DNA of 43,781 nucleotides from Perkinsus olseni (Eukaryota): NCBI GenBank assembly GCA_013115125.1, contig JABANN010000043.1, positions 62,001 to 105,781 of the forward strand, read 5' to 3'. Shown piece by piece: positions 42,597 to 43,781 of this stretch (position 1 is its first letter; each line of letters starts with the position of its first letter). The notes under the pieces were generated by a model. It saw only the letters and a program-made list of their open reading frames with translations, ran no database searches and was not told where the DNA came from. The position numbers and the translations under genes were made by a program.

Positions 42597-43529
42597 AGTA
42601 GACCCACCACTGGGGACGAAGGGTCTCCGCACTAGCGTCCTCCGTGTCCCAAAAGGACTGTTCCGGGAATAGTGTTCTCTTCAAAGACGGGCTCACTACG
42701 CAAGGGAGCCCAAATTCTGTGTTCGGAGTCCGAAGCATACCGGCATAATTGAGGTTGCCAGAACTTTGAAAGCGGCAACCCGTCAGACGGGTCCCATCTC
42801 AAGTGCTCAACGGTTGAGCACTGCCGGATGAGCAGCCACTGGCCGCCAGTTACACGCGCCAGTTACTGGCCATAGAGTGTCCATCTCGATGGCTGACTCA
42901 ATCCATTCTGGTGAGACACTTTCGCCGCTTGACGCCAAGCTAAAACTGAACATTGTTTGATCTCAGTGAGCAAAAGAGCACAGAAGGGATGGTACAAGTT
43001 AGTTGAGGGAGGATCAGACCATTGACTCCAAGAATAATGCTTGCCTGTTGTCGACTGAGACTTAGGAAACAGCGGTCAGGCTTTCAATGACGTCGGCGTC
43101 CAGTCCAACCATCGGGCCTGTGATCGAAACTGGAGATCTTTTCGATCGAGAGTCCGAGCTCATCGAAGCAGCTGGGAAAGCAAAGTTGGAGCCGAGGATC
43201 ACTGCAACTTCGCTTGTAGCTGTTATAATAACAATAACAATGTCACAATAACAGTGTCATTGTACCAGTGACAATGCTCTCAAACTTTGAGAGCGTCGGT
43301 CCGATTCAGTCGCCGACTGAAAGTCGGGATCATCTATGCCTGATGACTTAAAACAGGTCGTTCTGAACGAATGGCCCAGGACGATCATGGCTCTCGAATC
43401 AAGGGTCCTTTTCGATGCGCACGGAGACTCCGTGACGGAGAAGTTTGTCGTCAGTAAGATAGTGAACTCGGAATAGTGAATAGTGAACTCGGACTCGGAT
43501 AGGAGTCCGAGATAGTGAACAGAAAGACA

Positions 43530-43640
43530 TGCAATACTTTAAGAGCTTCTCTTTCTCTTCTCTCATCTCTTCTCTCCTCAACTTCTCGTATTCTTCAATT
43601 TGAACTCGTGCTGGAGTGGGCTCTGCTACGGCATATCTGA
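43530..43640 (-). CDS. Possible exon of a gene running in from beyond the window
   Basis: Acceptor-like TCAG then YAVAEPTPARVQIEEYEKLRREEMREEKEKLLK, a coiled-coil-like stretch. Confidence 0.35.
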
Positions 43641-43781
43641 CAGATATTATGTGGCAGGCATTATCTGTAGATTGACTTTTTGGTGACGCTTGAAACTGCA
43701 CAAGATTTGGGTAAATGTACATTGGCAACGGCCGTCTATTTTTGGGCTGTGTATTCGCCAACAAGGCGTGCTTTTCAAACG

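Noticed and set aside
42400-42780. Retroviral-type integrase remnant (VPKGLF.., SPKHTGIIEVARTLK)
   Set aside because: Suggestive of the integrase E-motif region but no convincing D-D residues or HHCC finger; needs a profile search.

Overview
Eukaryotic, intron-rich genomic DNA with many short (~45-60 nt) GT-AG introns. The gene content (flagellar DRC7, KGKG-repeat protein, lineage-specific secreted paralogs) suggests an alveolate protist such as a perkinsid; this is inference. Recognisable multi-exon genes: an FKBP-type peptidyl-prolyl isomerase (-), a DDX5/Dbp2-like DEAD-box RNA helicase with an N-terminal WG-repeat array (-), a coiled-coil protein (-), a six-finger RanBP2-type zinc-finger protein (+) and dynein regulatory complex subunit 7 (+). 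Also present are five intact tRNA genes (Val-CAC, Met-CAT, two Trp-CCA, Asp-GTC), a probable decayed Ngaro/DIRS-like retroelement, a partial duplicate of DRC7, and a duplicated 189-nt structured element. Two unexplained signals stand out. (1) At least eight exact copies, plus near copies, of a sequence-independent 22-nt scar with the grammar [8-mer minus last base][reverse complement of the 8-mer][8-mer minus first base], one nested in another. This geometry is what hairpin-mediated excision of an 8-bp-TSD (hAT-type) transposon would leave. (2) Spliceosomal introns that consist almost entirely of a tRNA or a tRNA 3' half. Exon boundaries were read by eye and gene ends are approximate.
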